From IMG/VR virus record IMGVR_UViG_3300036879_000022, positions 1-64,000 of that record: a stretch of DNA of 64,000 nucleotides. One strand, 5' to 3'. The DNA comes from a virus. Within the stretch, counting starts at the first letter, position 1. Each line of letters opens with the position of its first letter. The notes under the pieces were generated by a model. It did no database searches and was not told the DNA's origin. It saw only the letters and a list, made by a program, of their open reading frames with translations. Both the position numbers and the translations under genes were made by a program. Shown in pieces: positions 1 through 8,657 of the stretch.

Positions 1-394
1 CTGTCACCTTGTATTTGTTACAAAGTATCGTCGAAAACTTCTCGACGATCCGGCAATCGATTGGCTTAAGGACCACTTCGGCAAGGTCTGCACTGCAATG
101 GATTGTGTGCTTATTGCCTGTGACGGTGAGAAGGATCACGTCCATTTGCTTATTGAGTACCCACCGAAGCACTCTGTTTCCGGCTTGGTTAACGCCCTCA
201 AGGGAACGTCCTCTCGACTGCTTAGACTTGAGCGTCGCGACATTGCAGCCCGATACTGGAAGGGCGTTCTTTGGTCGCCATCCTATTTTGCTGCCAGCGC
301 TGGCGGCGCTCCGCTTGAGAGGGTCAAGCGATACGTGGAAGCTCAACGGGTTTCCTCCCCGCCGTGAACGGCGGGGTTTCCACCCGAGGTCACG
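1..394. mobile_element. IS200/IS605-family element, partial (tnpA plus one end)
   Basis: tnpA ends inside the subterminal hairpin CCCCGCCGTGAACGGCGGGG (357-376). The boundary probably lies at ATGA 395-398 (TCAT on the minus strand). The rest of the element is left of the window. Confidence 0.85.
2..367 (+). CDS. tnpA: IS200/IS605 Y1 (HUH) transposase, 5'-truncated by window edge
   Basis: Frame open from base 2: HLVFVTKYRR...DHVHLL (HUH)...LKGTSSR...LWSPSYF...YVEAQ. Confidence 0.95.
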   Translation, partial: CHLVFVTKYRRKLLDDPAIDWLKDHFGKVCTAMDCVLIACDGEKDHVHLLIEYPPKHSVSGLVNALKGTSSRLLRLERRDIAARYWKGVLWSPSYFAASAGGAPLERVKRYVEAQRVSSPP

Positions 395-571
395 ATGATC
401 GCCCCGAACGCCAAACCGGAAACCGTGTTCTGGACCGTCACGACGATCGGCACCGTCGCGTTGCTCGCCGTATTCGTGCTCGCGCAGACTGCGCACCGCG
501 CTTTGAAACCGCTCCCGACGATCTCTCAGGGATTGTCGGGAGACATCCTGAAAGTGAAGCCGTCCCTATGA
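395..571 (+). CDS. small membrane protein (58 aa, not in ORF track)
   Basis: MIAPNAKPETVFWTVTTIGTVALLAVFVLAQ... has one hydrophobic segment. Its TGA overlaps the pilin ATG (ATGA). Confidence 0.55.
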   Translation: MIAPNAKPETVFWTVTTIGTVALLAVFVLAQTAHRALKPLPTISQGLSGDILKVKPSL

Positions 572-732
572 TCAAAGCCCTCCGCGCATTTCTCGCCGAC
601 AAGACCGCAGCCGCGGCCATCGAATACAGTCTCTTGGCGGCAGGCATTGGCCTTGTGATCTTGCCCATCATCAACACGCTGGGCGTGACGCTCGCGGGCG
701 TCTTCACGACACTCCAGACAGCCTTGCAATAG
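568..732 (+). CDS. flp: Flp/Fap type IVb pilin
   Basis: MIKALRAFLADKTAAAAIEYSLLAAGIGLVIL...LGVTLAGVF: short leader, xxAIEY Flp motif, hydrophobic helix, 54 aa. Confidence 0.9.
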   Translation: MIKALRAFLADKTAAAAIEYSLLAAGIGLVILPIINTLGVTLAGVFTTLQTALQ

Positions 733-815
733 GCCATGCCAGAGAGAATTCGAGGCCCACCACGTCCTGACCGTTTCTCAGGCGGTCCCCATCAACCCCA
801 ACCTAGTGAGCACAC

Positions 816-1073
816 ATGCAACAGAATAGATCAGAATTGATCGCCCGCGCTATCCTCGACAACGCCGTCTTGAAGGCCGCAGAGTTCGCGGGCGTCCGTC
901 ATCCGACCACTGCCCTCATCCGGGCTCAGCGACTACTGGCGACGCTCCGAATGGCACCGCATCTCATTGAGTGGCGTCTTAATCTCAGTGCGTCGGCGCC
1001 TTCCTACCCGAGCATGGTCCCGACCTACAACGGCGTAGAGCTGGAGATCGCAGAAAAGGTCTACGGCTCATGA
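816..1073 (+). CDS. hypothetical protein
   Basis: ORF coupled to the next gene by ATGA overlap. Confidence 0.6.
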   Translation: MQQNRSELIARAILDNAVLKAAEFAGVRHPTTALIRAQRLLATLRMAPHLIEWRLNLSASAPSYPSMVPTYNGVELEIAEKVYGS

Positions 1074-1279
1074 CCGGCGCATCTGCTAGCCATACTCCCG
1101 CTCGCGATCGGATCATATTCGACGTGGCCCTCACGGCACTTCATTTGAGCCGTGACATGCGCAACGGCGCCATGGTCCTGATTGCGAAAACCGTACTGGC
1201 CACGATACGCCGTGGCCATACTCCGCTGGAAAGCCACGTCCGCAGTCTGCACCGCTATACCCGGGAGAATTTTCGTTAA
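1070..1279 (+). CDS. hypothetical protein
   Basis: ATGA-coupled ORF; its stop coincides with the omegaRNA-like end. Confidence 0.55.
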   Translation: MTGASASHTPARDRIIFDVALTALHLSRDMRNGAMVLIAKTVLATIRRGHTPLESHVRSLHRYTRENFR

Positions 1280-1348
1280 CGTCTTCCCCGCCCTAAAGGG
1301 CGAGGATTTCCTCTGAAGGTGGACAACGTTCTGTCCCGAAAAGCAACT
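1256..1348 (-). ncRNA. orphan IS605 right-end / TnpB omegaRNA-like scaffold plus putative guide
   Basis: Minus strand: GGACAGAACGTTGTCC hairpin, then GAGGAAATCCTCGCCCTTTAGGGCGGGGAAGACGTTAA, typical of tnpB 3'/right-end sequence. No tnpB is adjacent. Confidence 0.65.
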
Positions 1349-1374
1349 GCTCTTCTTATACACTTCGGCCGACT

Positions 1375-1713
1375 TTACTCTAGGCCGAAGCGGAAACCTG
1401 ATAGCGACTTCTCGCCAAAGTGGCCTACTGGCCGGTGCAGCTTTGGCGCATTCTCAATAGCCGTATCGCACTGCGGCGTCAACAGTAAAGGTGGGGCATT
1501 CCTCCCCGACCTGAAGGTCAGGGTTTCCAGCCCCAAAATACCGATGACTGCCTCGCACTCTTCCTGATCAATCCTAAAGAGCGTCAGTTCGGCATCGGGC
1601 TGACGCCTGACATAGGTGGGGCGTCCGTCGATCCCGCGCATGGGCTCCATAAGGTCGTTGATCTCTATCCGCCACTGGATAAGATCGTCGGCGCCGCCGT
1701 TGAAGACGCTCAT
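1375..1713 (-). CDS. hypothetical protein
   Basis: Last gene of an overlapping minus-strand run. Confidence 0.6.
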   Translation of the reverse strand: MSVFNGGADDLIQWRIEINDLMEPMRGIDGRPTYVRRQPDAELTLFRIDQEECEAVIGILGLETLTFRSGRNAPPLLLTPQCDTAIENAPKLHRPVGHFGEKSLSGFRFGLE

Positions 1714-1910
1714 GGCCTGAGCTTCACCATGTTGAGGGCTGGACGCGGGCCGCGCTCGGCACCGCAGATGTGGAAGCCCGCCGGGACATATGGCTTCATC
1801 TGGGCCTCCATCTCACGCCACGCCACACCGCGCGGAAAATCGATCGGAACGTTGATCCATTCACCCTCGGCGTTCATGTCGTTGTCGGGGACAATCTTGA
1901 TCCGTGCCAT
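1710..1910 (-). CDS. hypothetical protein
   Basis: GGAG RBS; overlaps the next gene. Confidence 0.65.
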   Translation of the reverse strand: MARIKIVPDNDMNAEGEWINVPIDFPRGVAWREMEAQMKPYVPAGFHICGAERGPRPALNMVKLRP

Positions 1911-1913
1911 CTG

Positions 1914-2363
1914 CTACTCCATGTCCGCGTGTTTGAGAACCTTGATCATCTCGATCCAATCGTTGCCGTAGTGGGCGCCCGCGACGAAACCGAACCGGCT
2001 GAAGTAGTTCGGCTTCTGCGTTACGAGAGTGACAACGGAGCCGCCGAGCTTTGTGATCTCCGCGATGCGGTGCTCGGTCAGCTTCTCGCCGACGCCGGAG
2101 CCCTGACAGGGCTTGTCCACGGCCAGCCAGATCAGATCAAAGGCCCCGTTCATCCGCATGGACCGATGATACGCGGCGAAGCCGGCGACGCCCCGGGCTG
2201 TCTCTGTGATCTTCGCGACAAAGAACTTCGGTGCGTACTTTCCGCCCTTGAAGTATTCGTACATCTGCTCTAGCGCGCGATCGGCAGCGATCTCTCCCCA
2301 GTTGTCCCGTACAATCCAGAGACACGCGCTAACGTCGGGGCCTTCAAGACGACGGACGATCAT
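1914..2363 (-). CDS. GNAT family N-acetyltransferase
   Basis: LAVDKPCQGSGVG acetyl-CoA motif; YFSRFGF. Confidence 0.9.
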   Translation of the reverse strand: MIVRRLEGPDVSACLWIVRDNWGEIAADRALEQMYEYFKGGKYAPKFFVAKITETARGVAGFAAYHRSMRMNGAFDLIWLAVDKPCQGSGVGEKLTEHRIAEITKLGGSVVTLVTQKPNYFSRFGFVAGAHYGNDWIEMIKVLKHADME

Positions 2364-2369
2364 GGTGCC

Positions 2370-2834
2370 TCACTTATCGATGTGACGATACGGCTTGACC
2401 TCGGAGCGGGGCAGGGGGACCGGCAGCTCGCGTAACGCCCGATCGATGCGATCGGCCAGCTCCAGCACGCCAACCTTCGGAGCATAGATCACGTGATCCG
2501 CACTCTCGGTCATCATGAGGTTGACCTTGTCGGCGCCCTCGAACATTCGCATGTCTGTCCGGTAGACCACGATGAGCTTGTTCTTGAAGCCATAGCCCAG
2601 CTCCCAGCACGTGCCGCTGTCCGGGTCTGACCCATCGAGATTGGCAAGGACGCAATCCGCCCAGTCGATCCCAGCGACATCACTCTCGAAGATCAGATCA
2701 GGCCGGTCGGACCGCTGCTCATGTTCTTGTGGCAGGAAGATTTCGTGGCCACGCAAGCGGAGCTGCTCAGCGAGGTCCGTATTGAAGCTGCACTCCGCCG
2801 TCGAAAAGAGTGCACCGGCCATATAAATTTTCAA
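2370..2834 (-). CDS. nucleoside 2-deoxyribosyltransferase / nucleotide N-glycosidase family
   Basis: KIYMAGALFS...DVAGIDWAD...LDGSDPDSGTCWELGY. Confidence 0.9.
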   Translation of the reverse strand: MKIYMAGALFSTAECSFNTDLAEQLRLRGHEIFLPQEHEQRSDRPDLIFESDVAGIDWADCVLANLDGSDPDSGTCWELGYGFKNKLIVVYRTDMRMFEGADKVNLMMTESADHVIYAPKVGVLELADRIDRALRELPVPLPRSEVKPYRHIDK

Positions 2835-3718
2835 GATACAGTCCTCTGGTTGATAACGCGCTCAATCAGCGCAACAAGTAGCGGCTGGGTTGCCGTGATC
2901 GACGCCGATCCGTCCACATCTTCCTTTACGGTATACCCCAACTCATAAGCAAGCTCGATTAGGAGTGCGCCCTCCGCGTCATCGTCTGTCCGGAGGACCG
3001 TGAACACAAGCCTGTCGTCCCCTATCATCTGGGCTCTCCGAATGGGTGGCGCCGCACGATCTCCTTGACGCCGTCCGCGAATGTGTCGGCGGCTGTCTTC
3101 TGGAATGATGGCTTGAGCTTCTTGCGGATGATGCGGGCGAGCCGCTGAGCATCCGGGCTGAGCCCCATCGCGTCGAGATCGAGCCCGAGCACGGTCTCAA
3201 TGAGGACGGCCTCTTTGTCAGTCAGTTCGACGTTCATGCTCGCTCTTTCGGTATGCCCGCCCCCGCCGGCCAAGGTGCACTGTCGGCGGGGGCGTTGGGG
3301 TTCTATGACTTGGGAGCTACCTTCGCCCTCACCCCAGCATTCTTGAAATGGTTGACGTAGTAGAGAGCCCGGCTTCTACTACGCCCGATGTTCTGCGGCG
3401 TCCGGGAGGTCAGGGATGCGATGAGCCTTCGCCGAGAACTCCCGGCAGCATATCCGGCAGAACCATTCCGGGGCTTGTCGGCATTGGGCCTCCAGCGGGG
3501 ATGGCCAGCACGAGATGACCCATGATTTCATTCTCGCCTTCAGGGGCAGAGCGCCACGTCCACCCCGGCGTCCCGCCGAAGTGCGTTGCCTGCCAAAGCT
3601 TGCCATCGCTTGTCCGGGCCAAGATCAAAACTGCATCCATCGCTTTTCTCCGTGTGATAGAAGTTCGGGCCAGAGCTTTATTGCTCCGGCCCGTCTTCCT
3701 GTCAAGGTGTTTTTCGGT

Positions 3719-4846
3719 TCAAGCGACTTTCGGGGCCTTCGTTTCCCACGAGGCCCACGCCTGCGACCCCGGCTTGCGCCGCTCCGCGCCGTCGAGATAG
3801 ATCGGCCACTGAGCCGTGATCCCGTACTTCGGATGGATGAACGCGAGCGCCTGAGTGGGCCGCGTTGGGCCGGCGCGCAGCAACAGCCGCGCGTATTCGT
3901 TGTATCCGATCAGCGAACCATTGGCGAGCACGGGCACCGCATCTCCGCGAGGGATGTACGTGTGATAGTGGCCGATGATCAGCGTGTCGAAGTCGCGCCC
4001 GCACTGAGCTTCCGAGCGGCCGACCTTGATCGCACCACGCGCGATCGGACCGAGGGCACCGATGATGCCGTCGCCGCCCTTGACGCCGAGCGTATCACCG
4101 TGAGTGAGCATGAAGCGGTGACCGTAGACCGCGAAATGTGCATCGACTTCGTTCGGCACGTGGATGGTCACCCTCGGGTCCTTCGCGAACCACTGTTCAA
4201 GGTGCTGATAGATCACCCATTCCCAACTGTCGAACACGCGGTTCTTCGCGCGCGGCTTCAGCGTGGTGCGGCCGTGATTGCCCGGCACGCACGGAACGAA
4301 GACCTTGCCGAACTTGTCGGCGAGCATCGTGATAAAGCCGATGAGCATCTCTTCGACTTCGACCACGGCCAGCGTCACCGGGCCGTCATTGGTCTCGCGG
4401 AGGTCCTCGTGGATGCCGCCAGTGATCATGTCACCGCCGACACAGAAGACGACGCCCGGATAGCTCGGGTTCGTCATATGGTTGAAGCACAGATCGAGCA
4501 CCTTCGTTCCGAAAATCTTGACGCGCTCCTTGGAGATGCGTCGGTTGAAGGCGTTCATGCCGCCGACCTGATCCGGGTCAACCATCTCCCCGTGATGCCA
4601 GTCCGAGGCGACGATCAGCGGGACGCCGGTCGTCGAGTGCTTGACTTTGGTATCGACGAGCCACTTCGGCGGCTCGCGCGTGTAGGCTTCAAGGCCGAAG
4701 ATTTCTTGGCGGAGGCTTTCAGCCGTGTCGTTGCTCTGGGAACGACTGCGCAGCTCCTTGTTGAGGGCTTTGATCGTGGTCTCTTTGCCCCGGATGATGT
4801 CGTTGGCGTCGGCGAGACGCTCGGCGTCTGTTTTCTTTTCTGACAT
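3719..4846 (-). CDS. calcineurin-like metallophosphoesterase
   Basis: SDWH, GGDM, GNHG, THGD and GHYH motifs. Confidence 0.9.
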   Translation of the reverse strand: MSEKKTDAERLADANDIIRGKETTIKALNKELRSRSQSNDTAESLRQEIFGLEAYTREPPKWLVDTKVKHSTTGVPLIVASDWHHGEMVDPDQVGGMNAFNRRISKERVKIFGTKVLDLCFNHMTNPSYPGVVFCVGGDMITGGIHEDLRETNDGPVTLAVVEVEEMLIGFITMLADKFGKVFVPCVPGNHGRTTLKPRAKNRVFDSWEWVIYQHLEQWFAKDPRVTIHVPNEVDAHFAVYGHRFMLTHGDTLGVKGGDGIIGALGPIARGAIKVGRSEAQCGRDFDTLIIGHYHTYIPRGDAVPVLANGSLIGYNEYARLLLRAGPTRPTQALAFIHPKYGITAQWPIYLDGAERRKPGSQAWASWETKAPKVA

Positions 4847-5014
4847 GCTTTGTATTCCCTGTCTGTAGCCAAACCCTTTGGCGATGTTTGATAGGCTCGT
4901 TTTCTCTCAAGGTACTTCGGCGAATGTTGATAGCGGAGCGTGCACTGACGCCCTTTCGGGCTTCGCTTGTAGCGCCGCTGTTTGGCTCTGTATTTCTCCC
5001 GGTCTTGGGCCATG

Positions 5015-5671
5015 TTACGGGCGAGGGGGCAATTTGAATTGCTTGGACAGATAAAGAGCGAGGCCGGCGAGCTGCTCTGCCGACAGGTAGGTGTATTCAG
5101 GGAATTTGTGTTTGACCTTGCGGGCGATCGAACTGTAGCGGAGCCCTTTTCCGTTCTCGTCAACATTGAGAAGCAGCGCGCGGGCGTAGTCGCGGGCCAG
5201 AACTTTTGACGATCGGCGCCGGACCGGCATCTGCTTGTCCGAGCCGTTCATCGCGTAGGCGACCATCTGCAACGAGCGGAGCGATGTGCGGAAGGCTGGC
5301 CAATTGCGGGAGCCGTTCGGGAAGCCGTCGTGTAGCTTGTCCAAGATGGCTTTGTACGTGAGCCCAACCTTGCGACCATAGATGTCAACGTAGCTGACCT
5401 GCAAGAGCAAGTCCTCCGCCGCTTCCTTGATCGTCTTGTATGTCTTTTTGCCCAAGGGCGCTCTTTTCTTTTTGCGTTCGTGCGGCTGGTAGGTAGCTTT
5501 CATGCGGGCGCGATGGCATTCGACACAGTATCCAGACGAGGTATATCTTAAGGGCTTGTGTCCGTGGGAGCACGGTTGGGCCGAATGATATGTTTTCAGG
5601 CCAAGGGTCGCCGCTGCAATCCGGGTCGCCTCTTTAATCCGGGCCGTTTCGCTACGTTGTTTCATACTCAC
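5015..5671 (-). CDS. hypothetical protein with Cys/His Zn-binding module
   Basis: GLKTY...PCSHGH...RYTSSGYCVEC. Confidence 0.65.
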   Translation of the reverse strand: MSMKQRSETARIKEATRIAAATLGLKTYHSAQPCSHGHKPLRYTSSGYCVECHRARMKATYQPHERKKKRAPLGKKTYKTIKEAAEDLLLQVSYVDIYGRKVGLTYKAILDKLHDGFPNGSRNWPAFRTSLRSLQMVAYAMNGSDKQMPVRRRSSKVLARDYARALLLNVDENGKGLRYSSIARKVKHKFPEYTYLSAEQLAGLALYLSKQFKLPPRP

Positions 5672-5680
5672 AAGGGCACC

Positions 5681-6118
5681 TTACCAACCTTCACACGCTC
5701 TCAAGAGCACACAAGCCATATCTGACTTCGGGTCGATCACACTCATCGCTTCGAGGTCGGCCTCGGTCGCGATGACATCGTCGTAGCGGCTTCCGGGGAT
5801 CAGGTAGAGCTTCGCGCCATGCGCTTCGCCGACCTGTATCAGGACCCAGTGTATCCGGCTCCCCGCCGCCGTCCGGGCAGTGTGCCAAATCGATTGGCTC
5901 TCCTGCGTCTTCGACCGGATCACGGTGCCGGGTCGCTTCGGTCGAAGGTTTGACTTCAGTTCGATCCAGCACTGATCCCCGTTGATCACTCCCTCGACAT
6001 CGGGGTTGCCCATGCCGGCGTCGTTTTCGATGCGGCAGAAGTGCGTCGCATGTCCGCACTTCTTGAGGTTGGCGATCCCGGTCCGACATCGGGTCCAAAG
6101 AGATGTCTCTTTCGCCAT
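5681..6118 (-). CDS. PD-(D/E)XK nuclease, Holliday junction resolvase/VRR-NUC-like
   Basis: RIEN...GNPDVEG...WIELK. Confidence 0.8.
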   Translation of the reverse strand: MAKETSLWTRCRTGIANLKKCGHATHFCRIENDAGMGNPDVEGVINGDQCWIELKSNLRPKRPGTVIRSKTQESQSIWHTARTAAGSRIHWVLIQVGEAHGAKLYLIPGSRYDDVIATEADLEAMSVIDPKSDMACVLLRACEGW

Positions 6119-6822
6119 TAGAACGTCGGGTCCCGATCCGCCGAATAGTTGCCGCCCGCGCGTTTCCGGCGTGACGATCCGCCCATGTCGCGCTCTTCAG
6201 TCTTATCGCTGATCGGGGGGTTGTGCGGATCGATGATACGTGGGCCGCCGAACGTATCAGCCTCGCCACGGAATGGCGGTTGCTCCTTCAGGCGGGGGAC
6301 GCAACGGTCGGCGTCCACTAATTCAATGCTGCTCTTCGCGATGCAATCGACGAGGGGTAGCCCACTGCGCGCAGCCAGCTCTTCGAGTGTGGACTTCGGC
6401 GGCGCCTTGAAAGCTTCGAGCGGGGCTTGCTCGCCGTTCGGCCCGACAAGCGAGTTCGTCTCCGGGAACGCGCGCGGATCGATGACGCCCTCCGGTAGCG
6501 TCAGGCCAAACTTGCGTTCAAGCACTTCCTGACATAGAGCCCCGGCTCGCCAAAACAGTGCGACCGCTTCGAGTGCGTCGCCGTCCATGCCGTTGTAGTT
6601 GGCCAGATGACGCATGATGCAGTCCGTGTGATCCATGCTCTTCCCGCGTGCATGATGCAGCGGTTCGCCCGGGTTGTGCTTCTCGTTGCCCTTGTACGAA
6701 TGCTCGGCAAGCGCGGCGATGGCGTCGGGGAAGTAGGCCATGACGCCGGAGAACATCGGCACCTTCTTGCGGCCGGCGCTGTCGAAGCGGTCAAGATATC
6801 GTTTCTCTTCAGGCATGATCAA
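6118..6822 (-). CDS. dATP/dGTP diphosphohydrolase domain protein (DUF5664-like)
   Basis: RKKVPMFSG...YFPDAIAALAEHSYKGNEKHNPG...DCIMRHL. Confidence 0.75.
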   Translation of the reverse strand: MIMPEEKRYLDRFDSAGRKKVPMFSGVMAYFPDAIAALAEHSYKGNEKHNPGEPLHHARGKSMDHTDCIMRHLANYNGMDGDALEAVALFWRAGALCQEVLERKFGLTLPEGVIDPRAFPETNSLVGPNGEQAPLEAFKAPPKSTLEELAARSGLPLVDCIAKSSIELVDADRCVPRLKEQPPFRGEADTFGGPRIIDPHNPPISDKTEERDMGGSSRRKRAGGNYSADRDPTF

Positions 6823-6876
6823 TCCTCACATGAAAGTGCCCGCTAACACGGGCGATGTTAGTGGGCAGGATGAGGG

Positions 6877-7140
6877 TTAGGCTGAAGCGCCGCGCCGTGT
6901 GATGCTCGTCGAGCTGGCGAGCTTGCGGATGTCGTCGATCAGGCCATCCGCGAAACCGGCGATGAGCGAGGGGCCGGCGTTGGCGATCTCTTCGTGCTGT
7001 TCATTCGAGAGATCGGGCTGCTCGTGCATTTGTTCGATCTCTTCGAACGTCGAAATGATTTCCTTGATTGAAAGCCCGGCGCGGTATGCGGAAAGGCCCT
7101 GAGTGTAGCGAGCGGGGACAATGACGGGATGGCGCGACAT
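6877..7140 (-). CDS. hypothetical protein
   Basis: GGAG RBS and an upstream promoter-like TTGCAA-N17-TAGGCA. Confidence 0.65.
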   Translation of the reverse strand: MSRHPVIVPARYTQGLSAYRAGLSIKEIISTFEEIEQMHEQPDLSNEQHEEIANAGPSLIAGFADGLIDDIRKLASSTSITRRGASA

Positions 7141-7211
7141 GGACAGCTCCAGATATGGTTAATGCAGGACGATGCCTACACGAACTCTGGAGGGATTGCA
7201 AGGGGGTTGAC

Positions 7212-7248
7212 AAAGAAAAACGCCGCCCCTGCAAACTGGGGCGGCGCC
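7212..7248 (-). terminator. intrinsic terminator of the tRNA operon
   Basis: CGCCGCCCC-loop-GGGGCGGCG followed by TTTTTCTTT on the minus strand. Confidence 0.85.
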
Positions 7249-7373
7249 ATTCATGTTTCTTTCCGTCACGTGACCCGAGCTTACCGCTTGCCAGCGCCCG
7301 GCGGGGTGGAACCCATTAGCGAGTATAGATCACATCTCGCGATCGGTGTCAATGGGCTTCGTCAGAAGAAAGT

Positions 7374-7449
7374 TGGCTCAGGGAGTAGGGCTCGAACCTA
7401 CGACCTACGCTTTAACAGAGCGCCGCTCTACCATCTGAGCTATCCCCAA
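7374..7449 (-). tRNA. tRNA-Asn(GTT)
   Basis: Cloverleaf; anticodon loop CT-GTT-AA; encoded CCA. Confidence 0.9.
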
Positions 7450-7455
7450 AAACCA

Positions 7456-7530
7456 TGGTGCCCGTGGCTGGTATCGAACCAGCGACCTGACGGTTATCAA
7501 CCGCCCGCTCTACCACTGAGCTACACGGGG
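7456..7530 (-). tRNA. tRNA-Ile(GAT)
   Basis: Cloverleaf; loop TT-GAT-AA; CCA. Confidence 0.9.
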
Positions 7531-7568
7531 CATTCGCACTAGCAAGCGGTCGCGCGCTTGCACTAATT

Positions 7569-7645
7569 TGGTGGACCGGGTCGGCTTCGAACCGACGACC
7601 CCCTGCTTGCAAAACAGGCGCTCTCCCAACTGAGCTACGCGGCCC
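7569..7645 (-). tRNA. tRNA-Ala(TGC)
   Basis: Loop TT-TGC-AA; G3:U70; CCA; one bulged base in the acceptor stem. Confidence 0.9.
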
Positions 7646-7685
7646 GCTGTCCCGAATTTGTATACAAATTTGGGACAGAAACTTT

Positions 7686-7763
7686 TGGTGACGGACGCTT
7701 GGATTTGAACCAAGGACCCTCGGGTTATGAGCCCGACGCTCTACCGGGCTGAGCTACGCCGTC
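7686..7763 (-). tRNA. tRNA-Met(CAT)
   Basis: Loop CT-CAT-AA; GGG/CCC anticodon stem; CCA. Confidence 0.88.
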
Positions 7764-7764
7764 A

Positions 7765-7840
7765 TGGTGCGAAGAGATGGGGTTGAACCACCGACGCGCA
7801 CGCTTTCAACGTGCCGCTCTACCAACTGAGCTATCTTCGC
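7765..7840 (-). tRNA. tRNA-Phe(GAA)
   Basis: Loop TT-GAA-AG; CCA. Confidence 0.92.
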
Positions 7841-7855
7841 GAAATCTAAAAGCCG

Positions 7856-7933
7856 TGGTGCCGCTGGAATGGATTTGAACCTTCGACCTACCCCTTACGA
7901 AAGGATTGCTCTACCGGGCTGAGCTACAGCGAC
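7856..7933 (-). tRNA. tRNA-Thr(CGT)
   Basis: Loop TT-CGT-AA; CCA. Confidence 0.88.
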
Positions 7934-7934
7934 A

Positions 7935-8008
7935 TGGCACGGGCTCTAGGATTTGAACCTAGACTGACGGGTTCAGAGCCCGTTGGGCTACCGTTACACC
8001 AAACCCGC
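7935..8008 (-). tRNA. tRNA-Gln(CTG)
   Basis: Loop CT-CTG-AA; CCA. Confidence 0.9.
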
Positions 8009-8009
8009 A

Positions 8010-8083
8010 TGGCACAGGATCAAGGTTTCGAACCTTGGCCAGCGGTTTTGGAGACCGCCGTGCTACCGCTACACCAATCCTGT
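8010..8083 (-). tRNA. tRNA-Trp(CCA)
   Basis: Loop CT-CCA-AA; G73; CCA. Confidence 0.92.
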
Positions 8084-8141
8084 AAAGATCAGGACCAGCT
8101 TTGCGATTGCGCGGCGGCGATAATAGTCGATGTGGGATTAT

Positions 8142-8220
8142 TGGTCAGGGCGGCAGGATTTGAACCTGCGTTCTTCTGGGTCCGGGCCAGACGGGGACAG
8201 CCAAACTCCCCCACGCCCTG
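8142..8220 (-). tRNA. tRNA-Pro(CGG)
   Basis: C1-G72, A73; loop CC-CGG-AC (C33 is unusual); CCA. Confidence 0.8.
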
Positions 8221-8434
8221 TTTAGGGCTTGGGTTGGTCGGGCTGTTTGCGCTGCGGCTCATCATCGGAACATCCTCGGTCTTCGACGTTGTAGGCGTGC
8301 GTATGACGCCTCGTTCGTTTCCCAGTGCATCCCCGCGAAGCTACCCGACCGAAATCGGGGACCGCTCGAAAGCGGTGCTTCTACGGGGCGATGTAGACGG
8401 GCCACTGGGCTCTCGTCGCTAACTCAGGGTGCGG

Positions 8435-8463
8435 CTTATAGAGGAAGTCAAATGGCTTGTCAA
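8435..8463 (-). promoter_or_regulatory. sigma70-type promoter of the tRNA operon
   Basis: TTGACA-N17-TATAAG. Confidence 0.85.
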
Positions 8464-8657
8464 TCCCTAAATCGCCGCCCATGGATCAACTCGTGTATTC
8501 TGCATCTCATAGACCGCCTTGTTATAAGCGACAGCCGTCGCGCGCAGCGGATGATTGACGCATGCGGGGGAGCGCAGCCAGTTCACGAAAGCCTGAAACG
8601 TGTCGATCCGCATCGCGTGCGCCTCACGCAACGGGGCTTCGAGCCGGTCAATCTCTG

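Noticed and set aside
3515-4843. Long antisense ORFs (also 8562-9521, 17194-18471, 20668-21615, 48829-49788)
   Set aside because: They are shadow frames of well-supported genes on the other strand in GC-rich DNA.
4615-5166. 183-aa ORF with YxxSPK repeats
   Set aside because: It overlaps both neighbours extensively. Only ~55 codons are free, and I cannot tell a real gene from a remnant.
7250-7372. Hammerhead ribozyme (CTGACGA on the minus strand)
   Set aside because: No GAAA follows the putative stem II, so the core cannot be completed.
7456-7645. rRNA spacer (Ile-Ala tRNA pair)
   Set aside because: Transcribed order is Ala then Ile, and no rRNA sequence flanks them.
7934-8422. ORFs across the tRNA cluster and tmRNA
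   Set aside because: They are translations of RNA genes or their complements.
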